Shown here piece after piece: positions 14,393 through 29,356 of a stretch of 64,000 nt of DNA. The DNA is taken from contig JAQGDQ010000028.1 of the NCBI GenBank assembly GCA_030141605.1, positions 310,001 to 374,000 on the forward strand, in the 5' to 3' direction. The position numbers and the translations under genes were made by a program. The notes below the pieces were generated by a model that saw only the letters and a program-made list of their open reading frames with translations, was not told the DNA's origin and searched no databases. Within the stretch, counting starts at the first letter, position 1. Each line of letters begins with the position of its first letter. Source of the stretch: Tubiluchus corallicola (lineage: Eukaryota > Animalia > Priapulida).

Positions 14393-17300
14393 ACATGCTT
14401 TGAGTGAAAATCTTTGTCAGGTTCTGTAGCAAGATCAACATAGATTTGGCTTTGTCATTTAAACTTTTTTGAAATATCTTGATATGTACACAATAAAGTC
14501 ATGAGTAACGTTTGCAATTGAACTCCCCATGGAGCCAGGACTATTCATTGTCTATGATATTTCAAATACGTATTTCTGAAACCTTAATCTCAAGCATCAG
14601 ATGTTACAGCCTTTTGCTTTTTATTATTTGATCATTTGCTGCAATTGAAAATGGTGGCACAAGAAGTTCAAATTTAATACTTATTGTTGTAATAAAATAT
14701 TAAACTTTATGAACTAGACTAGAACTAGTTCCATTTGAAGCTCAATTTAAATTAGTTGAGGGCTATAACTGGCATGTGGTATCCACGTGCGTTATTTGGC
14801 GTTAGTTTTACCACAGTACTCCATTTCTTTAACTGTATGGTGCATTTTACATATTCGACATCAATAGCTGCGCACAGTTATTAAACTGCCAAATTGAATT
14901 GTAAAATTTTCAAATCAGAAACCAAGTGCCCTGAATCCTCAAGTGCTAGAAGGACACTTTACTACATAAAAGAAAGATATACTACCAACTTCGACTTCTT
15001 TCTGTTAAGGGCGTTTAAATTCTTCTTAACTAAAGCTAGAGTTTGGCCAAGCATTTGCCCAAGCAAAGTGTCCATCGCACTTCTACACCCCATATATTTC
15101 TGGGAGCTAATGCCTTAGGCCATTCTGATATATTCCAACAGTACAAAAAGCGTTATTTAAATTTTCGAACCCAGTGTATATGAAAAGTTTCAATTTAAAA
15201 ACAGTAGCCAGGAATTTTGTTGTTTATAGATACTGAGTTCAAAACCCGCTGAGTCAATGGAAATAGGTTTATCTTCCCGTTTGCCACTTCACTGTCTTTT
15301 AACTCGTGAGAGGAAACACCAAATATTTTCAAGCCGCCAGGCTTGTTAGCGATTAAATTAATTCCTCCCAGTAGAACGCTGCTGATTATTAAAATATTGT
15401 AGTCATTGTTTTCTGATAGAGCATTAAGAAAAGAAGCCAACCGCAAGAAACCTTTCAGTGGCTTTGCTATTGCGCCATTAATACGCTGTATTAAAGCACT
15501 ACATGGAAAGAATGCGCATTATTGATTCAGTCGGTGCCTTGGTAATATTACTGTGTATAGATTGGTGAATTGGACTTCGTGGCATGCAGTGAGGCGTTGC
15601 AGAGTGACTTTTTTACTTTAGTTTTGATAATAAACCAGTTTTGATCGGACGTTGGTTGATTGAAACATTTCACAGCATCTATACCGCGGTACATATACTG
15701 CTATAGAAAATAGCAAATTTTTAAAAGCAGACATCAAGTGAAAAAAGTAATGTAGAGTTGGTCCAACAAACCTTTTAAATCGTTCATACATAAAGTCAGA
15801 AACGTTCTCATTCGTAGTTGTAGTTTTAGTTGTATGTCACTCGGCTTCATAGAGAATATTTACAACTGACATGCGTGTGCCATGGTCATTTCATTTGACT
15901 GGAGTCAAATATTTATTCAATGAGAGTTTGATGGCGGTCTCAGCTGGTCAGCTTTCCTTACTATTTGCAAAGCCATTAAATCATATAAAATTGAGAGAGC
16001 TGTGCCTAATAAAAAAATCATTGAAATTGTTAGAAGGTTTAGATTGGCAGTTGGTCGGAATTCAGTTGGATGTGTGTCAGTGCTGAGCGCTCCTAACAGT
16101 TTTCTTTGTTTTTGTATTTTTGGTGATACATTAACACCTGCCAATATTCGCTAGTTAATCCTGTCTGGGATTTATATTTGTGTAATAAGCTTAATTAACA
16201 TCGCAGCTCTTTATTAGAGACATACATTAATCATCTTGTAAATGAGGGTTAATAACACACATCAGGTTAAGCCAAGGTAAAAATCAATACAAGAATATTA
16301 ACGTAATTAGTTAATTAGTGGATGCGCACTAGAAGATTTATGCAGGAGATTTGCCCTTCTGCAGCATGGACAACTCTAAGCGAACATTTGGAATGCAGTA
16401 ATATTAAGACGTCAGTACATTAAACACAGGTACTGCTAAAATGTAAGACTTCTTTAAACTGTATAAAACTCGCCTCTATTTTATCATTACTAAGTTGTGC
16501 GCTGTTACCACAGGGCATTCGACTACTGGGTGGAATTGGACAACTAATCCTATAAAAAGCAGCTCATTGATACGCCCTTGCTTTTATACTAGGGGTAGGC
16601 GGAGAATACTTTGACTATCGAATAAGTGCAAACATATGTTTAATACCTATGCTACGTATCTCCTTAAGTCTCCTAGATTGCATTCTTTAAAATTGATTCG
16701 TTTTGAAATTAGTCGTATTGTTCTTCATTTACAGATGATGTATGTAGATAATGAAGTTTTGCGATGACTTTTTTCAATTTGCTACTACATCACTCTTTAC
16801 ATAGTCACAACTTCAATCAATCATACACGGCTCATCAGCCTCACCCAATATTACATGCGATAAAACACTGAATTTCGCTTGTCAGCAGTATCGTCATCAC
16901 GTGGAATGATCTTTCTCTTGACATTGTTAATAGGTCGTCTGTTTAACAAATTTTTATTGCAAATGACTTTTGTCCCAATTTAAAGTTTTATAGTTTTACA
17001 TAATTGCTAGTAAAAATAGCAGATAAAGAAAGCCAGACCTGAAAATCATTTATTGGGACACAAAATACAACTTACCGTCCATGCAATTCAGTTCAAACCG
17101 ACCCACATTCATAAGTTGCTAAAGTCTCTAGAATTGATAACGTACTGATGACTTGTTTTGGTTGGTGGGTGTGGTAAGACCAAAAATTCACCTACTAACC
17201 GATTTGACACTGCTTAACTTTGCAGGTAAACAAAAACCGCTATTTCTCTTCTTTAAAATGCACGAAAATTTAACTTAGTCCCGAGCTTGGACTGCCTGTA

Positions 17301-20300
17301 ATGCAGAACCTTTTTAGCCTGCTTCTAGTAATTTTGCAACGTGGCACATACGCTAGGATCTCATTGGACGATGAACAGTTTTATTTCTGTAAGGTTTTAT
17401 GATGGGTTTCAGTTCTCGCCGCTTTTGGTTTGAAGCACGCAACAGTACATAACCTAATTAAAAATCCATACCGTAGATCTCCAGCTTTAATGCAAACAGC
17501 GCCACTCTGTTGTTATATATTTAGGATACAGTAATATACTCTTGGCAAGAAGCTTATTTGTAATTTATGTGAAAGAAAACGTGACGTAAGCGCCCTGTCG
17601 CATGTGGTCTGAAGCTATGAATCTACTTTTACGACCAAAATTGTCGTTTGCAGAGCTTAGCCAGATAATTAATGTGTGAATTAACCTGTAGACTGCACGC
17701 TGAGCTTGCTTAATTTGACGTTAATACTGCAAAAATAAATAATCTGCTGCCTATACATTTTTATTGGAATTTTACATTACAGTACTAGAACTTAATCATT
17801 TTATTTGCTAATGCTTCTAATTTACGTAAGCGAGCCTGGTTAGGTTATCGGCGAGCTGAACGAGCTAGGGCCTATGTGGTCTAGTCGTCTTGACACAGGA
17901 CTCTTAATCCAGATTTCCTTCAAATTCATTCCACGTTTCTTTGTGGCCAAACTTTGGTTTTATTCCATCATTAATAAATCTTTCTATATCTGCTAGAGGC
18001 AAATCATAAGCAGACAATAGTCACAATGCTCTTACCACCTTTCTTCACAAATTTCTGTCCCTCTTGCTCATATTTTTCAGATTTAATGTAGCGTTGCTGA
18101 AATATTTGGCTACAGGGTCTATTGCAAGTTAAGATTGTGACCACTAGAGGATTTATTTGATAAGGTTTAGTAAAAACAGGACTTGGATTCTTTGGAGAAT
18201 TTTTTGAAAGTTTAATTACGGGTGCTATTCACAGAAGTTGCCTCTTTTTGCAGATTTTTGTTCTTTTTGGAGATCTCTAATATATATTGAAATACTAATG
18301 GTATTCAACTTTTTGATGCACATCAATTTCTAGTACATCTGCTTCTTATGTTTCACTTGTATAGATACGTATTTGTTTGATGTTATTGGCAAAAAGTCTT
18401 TGAAATTTTGCACCACAATCCAGTTTCTTTTGCTTTTGTTCAAGGAAAATTACTGGTTTAGAAAGTGTCTGTCCGCATGGATGTCGTGTGTGCGTGCGTG
18501 CGTGCGTGTGTGCATATGCAACAGCATTCTACGTATTTTGGGAATATGTGAAGATCCTGAAATTGATTTCAATATCTGCAGCTGACATTTGGTCTGTTTG
18601 CTCTAAAGGACGGATGTGTGATATCCGTTACATTTTTACGTAATAATTCTGTAGTAAAATTCTGTAGCCTGTGTTAGTTCGAATAAATTGAAGTGAAATG
18701 TTTGTTGCGTAGTGACTGGACGTCATCGAAATAGCTGAACAGTTAATCAAGGACATTGTTATGATCGTTGTTTGCAATTAGGCTTAATTACCGTGCATGC
18801 TTATTGCTCCGGTTACTGCGTACGACATTTACGTATGAATGAGACTTAATTTTGTTAGAATGATGTTTTGTTTGATGAAAACGCCTAGAATAATAACTAA
18901 CATTTCATTGCTTCGTTACGCTTGTTCATGCACATACGTATATATATGTATACGATCACTGCCCCTGCTTATCATTCTCAGTATCGCCATTCTGAAATAT
19001 GATAATATGCGTAAGGTTTAAGGCCTGTATCACACAGAGAAAGGTGTGAAGAGCAAGCCGTAATCTATAATCCGTTAACCATAAGGCATCTTCTGTCTTC
19101 TATTAGACTACGTAATCCGCGGTATGCTTTTTACACTGTGTAATTAAGGCGTTTAGGATTATGACTGACGCCTTGAGATAGGCAGCCGGCGGTTTGCGGA
19201 AGACCGAAAATTATCTGTGCAGCAGGGACTATTTGTTAGCATACGTTCATTTTTCATGAGGCGGTTTTCTTCTCCTCACGACTTACGCCTTGCAAATGAT
19301 CTCCAAGTGCCCAGGTCTGTGTGACACTATCCTGATTCTCTTTTTTTGCTTTTGTATTTTTATAATATACATCTTTTCAGGTCTGAGCTGTTTAGAGCTG
19401 TGACACATACCATCCCCTGATATCAAAGAGAATAGTGATAGCAAAATACCGGGGAAATTTAGCACTTCAGGTACGTCTTTCATCAATTTTCATCTTTAAA
19501 ATTGAAAGATAATGATTACCTTTGAGGTGTCTGCACGTGATTAGTGAGCAAAAACAAAAACTCAAGCAATGCTGTGCCTGGTCAGCAAATGTACGGGTGA
19601 CCACCAGGTTAAATTCCCTTTGGGCAGTTTCTGTCCATTGACGGAAGATATGTACATATTGGAACATACTGAGACACCTCTGCTAGTCCAGTGTCTCACC
19701 AGTCATCTTACAAATTTATCCTTGACAGTAAGCCAGATTCTGGTGTCGCTACAACTGTCTACATTAAGTAGGCCTTGTCACTAAGTTGTGAATTTTAATT
19801 TAATTGTATTACATATGATCTAATGCAGATTTAATTTTGAACCGTATTAAAAATTGGTTTTTTCAGCTTGTCTTATGAAGGAAAATAATTGCGTGTATAT
19901 ATTTTACATAATTGATAATAATATATGATTTAGAATTTTGCTATGTCATGAATCTGAGTTTGATACAGAATGAAAATAACAGCAAGCAACTAATTATTAA
20001 TCTCTTAAAATAAAATAAAACATGCACAATGCATTATTTAATCATAGGTTGTCCATCAAGGCTCTGATGTTCCATGAACAGGAAGGGGTCCATTTCCTGG
20101 ACATAGGCCGGGTTGGTTTTGTATGTAAACCACTGCCTGCTGGGCGGCTGTCCTGGGCTTCACCTATTTGCATTTGTCATCATTTACTTTTGCTGTAATT
20201 GCAGCATGAGCTGTAAAATTTAGGCAGAAAGTTGGCGGATTGTACCAACTCTAGTGACCCATGCCTTGTTTTCAGTGCTTAAAAAGTTTTAGAACAACAT

Positions 20301-20859
20301 GTAATATCTCTGCAAATTCTTAAAGTTACATTTTTCCGTAAAAATTCAAGTATATGCTGCATTTCCTTATACAGTCATCTACTACCTTGTTATTGTGGGC
20401 GAAAATGTAAAACCGAAGTTCTTAATTTCAAAGTGCTGTACAAAAAATTTTCATCACTTCCCAGACTGGTTCGTTCTGACTCAAGACATCCGTACATTTA
20501 AATCTATGGTTGAAAGCATTTGTATCAAAGTGGGTGCCAGTGCGCCTTAGATGTCTGGCCTCTGCTTCACTATCAGTGGTTGGAAGTGAAGGCAACTTCC
20601 CAGGAACTATAAGCAGGCCAGCCGAGGGGAAAAATTGTGCAAATGCAAAACGTCGGGATTCCCTGCCATTTTACCCTTGAGGTCTTGCGATTGAAATAAA
20701 CAGGTAAAGTTCATTTATATATAAGACACGTTGTACAACTGTTTATGGTGTACTGGAAGCATTACAACTTATAAATGCATTTCAACACTATGTAATTGTT
20801 TTTCCTAACGACGTAACACTTTCTTTCTTTATATTTAAATACATTAACAACGTCAGCAA

Positions 20860-21330
20860 ACCATTTCAAAATAGCAGATTTAGCTTTTTTCCAAATCCTA
20901 TCATCAATTCCGGAACAAGTAATCTAAAACAAATTAGGACAAATACCCACTATGGAACGAATTCTCTAATCAAGCAAACAATTCTACTTTACAGATTAAA
21001 CAAATCAGGTCCCTATCAGCATTTAAAACAAAATTAAAATCATTAATATTAACCAGATATGAAATACCATCATACCAGTAAGACAACATACACACTAATT
21101 CAGGTTTTACATATCCACGGTCATATTAATTTAATCATAATTTTTAATATTTGTGAATTGTTGTAAATACGTTTTATTTTATCGTCATTACTTTTCGTTA
21201 TTGCATAGTAGTTTAGACTGCACTGACGCATTTGCCTTTAGCAGTGTAAGTTTTTATTAACTAACACTGATTGATCATCTTTGTAAAATTTTTATACAGT
21301 GATTGTCAATGTATTTTAATGGCAATATAT
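20860..21330 (+). mobile_element. Probable 3' remnant of a LINE (L2/CR1 group)
   Basis: Frame reading IRTNTHYGTNSLIKQTILLY (~20933-20992) resembles the LINE ORF2 C-terminal 'rT.yG..S' motif; followed by a T-rich tail ending in (TA)n at ~21326-21342. Confidence 0.35.
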
Positions 21331-24253
21331 ATATATATATATACTTTATGTATTAACCAATGATCTCGTCTCAAATGACGATCTGCAAGGCGTCAAACAT
21401 GAGAGTCAATGGATCTACAGCATCATAGATGATCTGGTTTGGTTTGTCATGCTTTTTATTTTTTATTGCAACTGGAACTGTTAAGATAAACAATGCCCAA
21501 GATATTTTTCACTTATTGCATATAAAGAATCGACTTTACCTTTTTACTATATTGTATTAATAGAAGTTGTTAACGAGGCTTATTATGAGCCAACGCTCGC
21601 GGTTAGAGCTAAGTATGTGGTGCCATCTGTTGAGTGCGGTTGTCATTTTCTGTTTTCTAAGAACACAAACTCGTTGAGCTTCTGTAGCGGGGAGATCAAG
21701 ACCTGAACATTCAAGCTTGTCAGTGAAACATGGAATCCTTGTGCTTTGTGTGGTAACCATAGCAACAAGAGTAATATCTTATTGTGGCTCTGACTCCCCG
21801 ATGACAATTGATTAAGTTAGCTGCCGTTTAATCTTTTATATGACGAGTGACAGAAGACAAGCAGAAAGCACCTCAATTGGATCACTCCGTGTAATTAGGT
21901 TGACCTTGAGGAAAGTTGATTTCATTACTTGTTTCAGTTCGACCCATTATTATTTTGCGTTTTAAAATGGCGAGAGCGATTTTCGTCATTCGTTCGTTCG
22001 TTCGTTTATTCTGTGATCTCCACAACTCTTGTATTGGTCAGGATTTAATTTTCGATGCTGTAATTCGACTGGCTGCAAATGATGTTTTGAAATCAAAAAA
22101 TTTAAAATGTCATAGAGTAACTTGGTCACCTTTAGGCTTCCTCCTCCAATTTATGTTTGGCCATGTTAAAGAAAACACAAACTGTGAATGATGCGTATAG
22201 TACATGGCTATTCCTACATTGGGAAACTGAGTGTTTCAAGATTGTTTGGATTTGCTTCAAGGGCCTCTAGAAAATTACACAGACATTGTAACTCGTTAAC
22301 CTTCGAGGTTCTCCAACATCAAGTGAGTCCAAGGAAGAATGTTGGCTTTTAAAAGTTAAAAATGTTTTTGGTACAGTTTATTATATGTAGTAGTCTTATA
22401 TAGTGTAGTATATATATCGTATAGTATATACTATAGAGTATATACTATATAATAACTGCAGATCCAGAAGCTGTAATGTAAAAATCTGTTTGCTATAACG
22501 TCTTGACTCAAGGTGACTCAACAGCTAGACAATCCGTTTATCTGTTAAATTCCATATGAGTTGATTATATAAGTGCACGTCACACTGCTCATCTGGTAAA
22601 TCACCACTATAAGCAGTCACTTTTCCATTTCTTGGTACCTAGAGGTTTGCTTGACGTGTGTATTCTAAAATTGGAGAAAACTGCGTCATGCTTTAGCATT
22701 TTACATTCACTAGATTACCTGAATACCAAGAATACTGAAACTAGTTCTAAAACCTAATACATCGCCATGGTAATTACATCTTCGCCATCACAGTTAAGCC
22801 GTTGAAATTTCACTTATAATGTAATAATACAGCAGCACTTGTGAGTTGAAGTGCCACTTTCCATATTTTTCATTAATTTATTTAGAGTCAAAACTGTAGA
22901 TTAAATTGTTTTAGATTTATCGACCATGCAAAACGTCCTGAAATGTTAAAAGACTGTGTCGTGTGTCATGGTAACCTGCCTGTAAATGAGGCATCATTTA
23001 CAAAATTACGTGTACTGTAACTTCTATTTTTAATTTCTAAATAAAGATGATGCGTCGCCGTCACCTTCCTCATCGTCATCACCTCATCATCAACATTATC
23101 ATCATATCTGATAGTAACGAGTCAGTGAGGCTCAAAACACGATGTCGTTATTAAAGAATCTACATGTATGAGTTAATTATTTGCTATTGCAACTTAGCAG
23201 TATTCATTGTACAAACCTCTCAACTGATTTCATTTTCTATATGCATTTTCTGGTTGGATGCAACGCTAAATGCCGTTAGTTTTTTCCGCACTTACCCACG
23301 CAGCACTCGAAGGTAGATTGAAAGATGCTTATAAAGGTGTAATGTCCTAATAATGCTGTAATGAACTGTAAGAATTATTCAGATAACACTGAGCTCATTA
23401 TACACCATGAGATGCTATTAATAGATTCTTTCGCTGATCGAGCATTAATGTTTTAATGGTCCGATGATACTATTTTTTTATGTTATTTTCTTATGTTGTT
23501 AAGAATTACATATTTCTTAATTTCTAAAATAGTTCTGATACATAGTTTTATGTGGTATAGTAACTTAAATTAAGCGCCGTTGGCACTGTGACAAATATTA
23601 TCGCCCGCCGTATATTATTACACTCAGTGCTATGACGTCACGTAAGGAAGTGCAGTAGAGAACCAGCGTCCCCAGCAAGCAGAGCACTGTGAACAGAGCG
23701 CTTATTGCTGAGTAATATTATATCTATTAATAAAAACGTAAACGTTTATACAATATTCTTTATCTATTTGTATCAAATAAACTTATAAGAATCAGTCTTC
23801 AGTTTACAAACCTGCAAGCAACATAAATGTATAGTAATAAATACAGTATACAGAGCAGTATGATGTTACTGTACTATTATTTAAACTGTGTTTTTAAACT
23901 GTGTTTAGGTTTGCTGAATACTCCCGCCAATTAAATCATGCTGCTAGCCACTATTTTGGGTTAGATGCACAGTAAGTAAGGTAATAATTAATATTTTTCT
24001 AACTAAGTTTCATGAAAACTATATTTAGTCTAGGTTCGCAGTAAGACATTTCATCCCTACCAATTTAACGGAAACTCCCGATTCTAATGGTAATCTCCCT
24101 TTCTTCACATTTTGAAATATTTCTCCCGATTTTTTACAAATTACTTTAAGTTAAAAATCGCACAAAACGCGACCGCAGTTGTCATAGAACATCCTCGCCC
24201 GTCTATCCTGCTAGACATGGCGAAAAATAAAGTCTGGATAGCTACATGTAGAA

Positions 24254-25096
24254 TAAAGGTACTTGACTGCACAAAACGTAAAGGCACATCGATGAGCAGT
24301 CAAACTGTAGACTATGAGAATATTTTTGACTTAAAAATTTAAAGCTTTTCTTCTCTGAAACCTCATTCGCACATTCGAAAAAGATGCCACAAAGGTTTTC
24401 CTAAGTGTCTAAAAATGAAGCGCTCTTTCAGTGGGTTAAGAAATGTTGTCTGAAAGGCATTCCTTCTTAATTTTCCGTTTTCTTTTACTTTTGAATCTCA
24501 CAAAGTGTCAGACAGTATACCCGGTCTGCACAGGCTCAAATACAATCACTCTTTGTCAGAAGCATTGTCTGAACGGGACATAGGGCAAAAGATAACTTGG
24601 TTGTGAGACATTTGTAAAGCAGAAATGATCAGAAAACAGAAAATTAACTGCAACAAGAAAGCAGCCCAGCGCGAAAAATCAGTGATATCATGCTAAAACT
24701 TTTACACGTTGTACCTCGTTACAAATATTTTTTTTCTATGAAATATAATGCTTTCAAGTTAGTGTGGACGAACCTATGATTTGAGCTTAACATTAAAAAA
24801 CGCTTTAGCGAGTACCCCAGTCTCTCCATTACCGGCGTACCGCTTGACTTTGCCCACGTGTAAATACAGCGAAAGTCACACATGCGCAGTACCGTTCCTT
24901 AGAGGACGTCACTTCCGTTTTTCCCCGATTTTTCGTTTTTCGCAAGATGTCTGTGCGGCACTAAATCTGAAGTGTTTCAATGCTAACCAAAACGAACCAC
25001 GCAAGTTTATAAAGAAATAAACCCGCTTTTTGTATCACAGTAGTCAGTAGTGAATTTTGACAGCAAGTGTCTATCCCGGTGTCAATGGACCTTTAA
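24254..25096. mobile_element. Possible Kolobok-like non-autonomous DNA transposon
   Basis: Left taaaggtacttgac (24254) vs right gtcaatggacctttaa (25081-25096) form an imperfect TIR of the TTAAAGG...CCTTTAA type; internal tgcgcagt and gacgtcacttccg motifs. Confidence 0.35.
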
Positions 25097-25949
25097 TAGC
25101 TTGTGTTGTTGGCTTACATTCATAGTTTGCGGGACTGTGTTATTTTGTACTTGCTTATTTTCGTTTGTGGTTCTTGTAAAATCATTCTTGTTTGATTGAT
25201 AGCCTGTTGAGATTGTTTGTTTCGTCACTCGTTCATGCGTTTATTCTGATCACTCGTCCATTCTCTTGTTTACTCACTCGTTCAATTCTTCATCGCTTCA
25301 TTTATTCGGTATTGCATTCGTTTATAAGATTATCTCTTGCATCTCTTATTTGTTCGCAATGTGTAATGTGTCTACTAAATTTGTACATCGTGTGTTTTCA
25401 AATGATTCAAGATTATGACTTGTTTCTTTTTTATAGCTTTTACACATTAGATTTTAATTTGCAGTAAAAATTGTATGAGTTTTTCTTAACATTCTACACC
25501 TACTACTGTACTTTCGAAATCACGAATTTCGCTGTTATTTACGTACGCCTTTCAAGCTTATACAGTTTTTGTGAAAATTATTTTGTTATTAGCTTGTACT
25601 CTGTATACCTAACGTAATAGTTTTTAAATTTCTCTAAGCACTCGATAATGACAAGAGAACACTACAAAGCGTTATAAATAATTACTGTAAATAAAAGAAA
25701 TCGAAGATCATGTTTTACATCACTAATCACATGATTCGACGGCTTTTTTGGTTTGTCGAGTTAGCTTAGCCTCCTAGGGAGCGGTTAAGTTTTCTCTTTT
25801 CGATGGCGATCCGCTATTTTGTTTTCATATTCCTTATTAGCTTCGTTAGCTGCTACAGTATAAACCACAGTACCCCCAATATCTGTAATTAGCATCATTG
25901 GTGTGCATTCAATATTTGTTACTAGACTAATCGGCATCTGAGTCGGGTA

Positions 25950-26025
25950 TTGGCCATCGGGTGAGGGCGTGTTTAGCGACCGGAGTTAAGCAAGGCCAAG
26001 CCTAATCAGCAAATGGATGCATCAG
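25950..26025 (+). pseudogene. 5S rRNA-derived fragment (5S pseudogene or SINE3 head)
   Basis: cggagttaagcaaggccaagcctaatcagcaaatggatg (25981-26019) aligns with the metazoan 5S internal promoter region CGGAAGCTAAGCAGGGTCGGGCCTGGTTAGTACTTGGATG; too diverged to be a functional 5S gene. Confidence 0.55.
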
Positions 26026-28844
26026 CGTGTTGATCAGATTGAACGCTTAGCTAGATACCAGTCCTGCCACAACCATCTACTTTAAAGCGGACCTGCTGCT
26101 AAGCGTTGCTTCGACATGGTAGAGAAATGAACCGTATTTAAAAAATGGAGGTCATTCTGGTTTTTCTATTCTAGGTTTACTATTTTAATTTCATTTTAAT
26201 TTCGAGTTTATTTTAGCTAGAAGCCATAGAACAAAAAAGAAGTCATTTATTACTAGTGTAGGTGCAAAATATTTACAGTCATTGATAATAAAACACACGT
26301 TATTGTGAAGAAGTTACCAAGATTTGGAACAATGCCCAAAATAAAAAGCGTCTTCGCACAATTTTGCTACCTATTTGTTGGACACATTTTACTTGGGTTT
26401 ACTGCTTCATTTTCCGTTTGCCACGTAGTCTGTACCCTATCATAAGATGTCAAATCTAACGGGGTTTTTATTTTTGTAAATGGCCATAAAATTTTATTTT
26501 TACTTGGGGCATTCTAGTTTTCTAAAAGTTGGCAAGTTACATAGTATTCTAGTTTATGAAGGTCGTGAGATCGAAAACTTCTAGGAAAATAGACTTTAAG
26601 ACTACAGAGTAATTTTCTAAACTTTATGAAATGGTAAGTCTCAAGAGAGTACTCACTTTATTTACAAGGAATTTACACGGAACACATTAAATCTCATATG
26701 CGCAATTTGCTGAATGCGGTTTAAAAATTATAATGTACTTGTTTTCAATAAATAATCAAGGCGATTTTAAGCCGAAAGAAGAAATTAAAGCCTTCCATTT
26801 GAAAGAATTAACGAGCCGAGTTGCAATTTAATGTTTTTCGTGAATATGAAACGTTTGTGGAAGTTTTTTTGGAGATAATGTCCAGGTTGTTAGTCTTGTT
26901 TCAAGACTAAGAAACTACATGGCGGAAATGATGTGGCTTGCACACGTTAGGGTTGAGTTTACTGGTTACGTTTTCGTTTTTCTCAGGACTCGTTTTAACA
27001 TATCCTTTAAACCAGGTTTTCGTCTTGGATGTATAATCGACTTAAGACCCATTTAGTCATCGCAGTCGCGGGTTCGACTCTCGCGGCTACCAGCTACACG
27101 GCATTGCGTATTTATGCCATTATCGATTTGCCACGGCTGGGTAAATTTAGAAGATAGACTTGCGAATTTAGACTTACGTAAAAAATTCGTAAAGTTGTAA
27201 AATACTAAGTTACAAGCCATGTTCACACATATGCGGCAATGTGCAGCTCGTGTCAAAATATTAAATTGCAGTATAACGTGTAAGCTGTGTTCACACGGAC
27301 ATCCAGCAACGGCACTTTGAAAACGTTCATGTTGTGACACTGTTAAATTTTAGGTTTGCTTACGTTCACACATTGGCGTACAGCCGGCAACGGCAATGTG
27401 TAGCTTATGTTGTCAAAATAACAGGCTATATTCACGCACACTTGGTACCCGGTAACAGATTTGTGCAGCTCATGTTGTGGAATTTTTGCATTATAGGATG
27501 TACTAGTCACACGTACAGCTGACAAGCTAAGGTAAGAAATTTCGAGTATACACGTCTTCAAGATAATAAGTAAGTATAACGCCGAAAAAAGTTTTTTCGT
27601 CTTTGAAGGGGAGGGTAGTATTTCTATTCTCGCACTAAGTCTTTGCTTACTTAATCAATTTTCGTTCTTCAAAATTTGAAATACGTTAAATCTATGATTT
27701 GTAAATTTTTGCATTCGACCGTCCAACCGATCATTAGCCATCGTCAGCGATGTTAGTTCCTGAAATTTTATTATTGTATTCATTTATTTCTACTACTACT
27801 ACTAATATATATGAATCATGCACATTTCGCAGACTTTAATTTAATTACCTTAACATCCATTACATTTACCATCCTATTTCGTCGGGTTTCTAATCAAATT
27901 TAGAAATTTGTCAAAGTCGAAATGTCCTTTCTCTGCAACTAATGTTAATTAAATTGACTCGCCCCTACATGCTACTGTTTTCTGCGTTTCATAAATTAGA
28001 CGAGAGTAAAAATTGTTGAAGAGGGAAACAAACACAGACTAAGGTGTGGCTAAGGAAATATAGAATGGGTAGATTACACTGGGTGTAAAGAAATTTCCGC
28101 AGAGGGAAGACGAGGCAGAGATGAGAAACAGAGATACTGATTAAACTCAAATGACATCGACACCACTCACAAACAACAAAAAGAGACAAACAACTGCAAA
28201 TCACACAATCTACAACGGCACACACATACAAAATTACTTCCAAAGGAAAAAGGTCATCAGAAATGAATTGATTGCACGCTTAAAGAAACGCAAGCTTCAT
28301 TTAACTTCTGTGACCTTTGCGTAAGTGGTACGGCGTACGCATTTAAACCAGTTCTAGTAATTTCTGAGGTAACAATTTTGGCTCCGCCTGTTGATTATTA
28401 ATTATATATTAAATTATAAATTCTTTGGAAGAATAAGTAATCAAGTAAAGACAGAAACCTAAAGCAAAAGGACGTAATAGACCTATATCTTAGCGTGGAA
28501 TGTAGCAGCGAATTGCAATGGATGGGGCGCATTTAGGAGCATTAATTCCCTGTGCCCCATCCCCCTCTTTGCAACGCTATTTAGCTGCTCTTAGTTGCAA
28601 ATAACAAAAAGCGATTTCCCTATTGGAGGGCCGGAAGCCTCAACACCTTTTAGTTCACCAAATGCTATTAGGGAGATAAAATATACAGGTACATAACGAA
28701 GCTCGTATTTTTTTGTCTTGTGGCGTGTTCAGACTAGAGAGCTTTCTCTCGCAAGTTCTCAGTTGAGAGTAAACTCGCTGGACTAAATTTTGTTTTTCTT
28801 TTCTGATTCGCTAATTTGGAAAAGCCAATGTTCTCATTGTCATG

Positions 28845-29010
28845 GTTTATCGGTTGATTCGTTGGTTGGTAAGTTAGTCGGCTGGCTAGTTTCAATCACT
28901 GGTTTCGGGTTGGTGAATGGCTGGCTGGTTAGGTGGGTTGATTGTTGATTGGTTGGTTGGCTGACTGGCGTACTAACTGACTGGTTGGTTTTAGCCTTTT
29001 AACCAGCCGG
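28845..29010. repeat. Degenerate (GGTT/GGCT)n simple repeat
   Basis: Runs such as ggttggttggtaag, ggctggctggtt, ttggttggttggctgactgg. Confidence 0.65.
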
Positions 29011-29356
29011 TTGAATGTTTATTGTTGATTAACTCATTCATTCAACTTTCTGTCTTTTCTCCGTTCTTTTCTTTTTTCCTCATCTGGGCATTGGTTTCTT
29101 CATTTATTATTAATGATTCTCTAAGCATATCTCTGATGCGACATGTGTAAAGGGGGCACGCATTTCGCTCATGTCTCGGATATTATTCGTTTTAACCCTT
29201 CTTCCACACAAGAAGCACAATATGAAAAATTTCTGAGCAGCAACTACGCGGGAATACGAAGATACGAAGAATAACTTTTATAGATTTTCAAGCGGTTGCT
29301 GTGCGCAGATTCAGCGTGTTCACACGCACACTCCATTTACCTGGCTTCAATTTATC

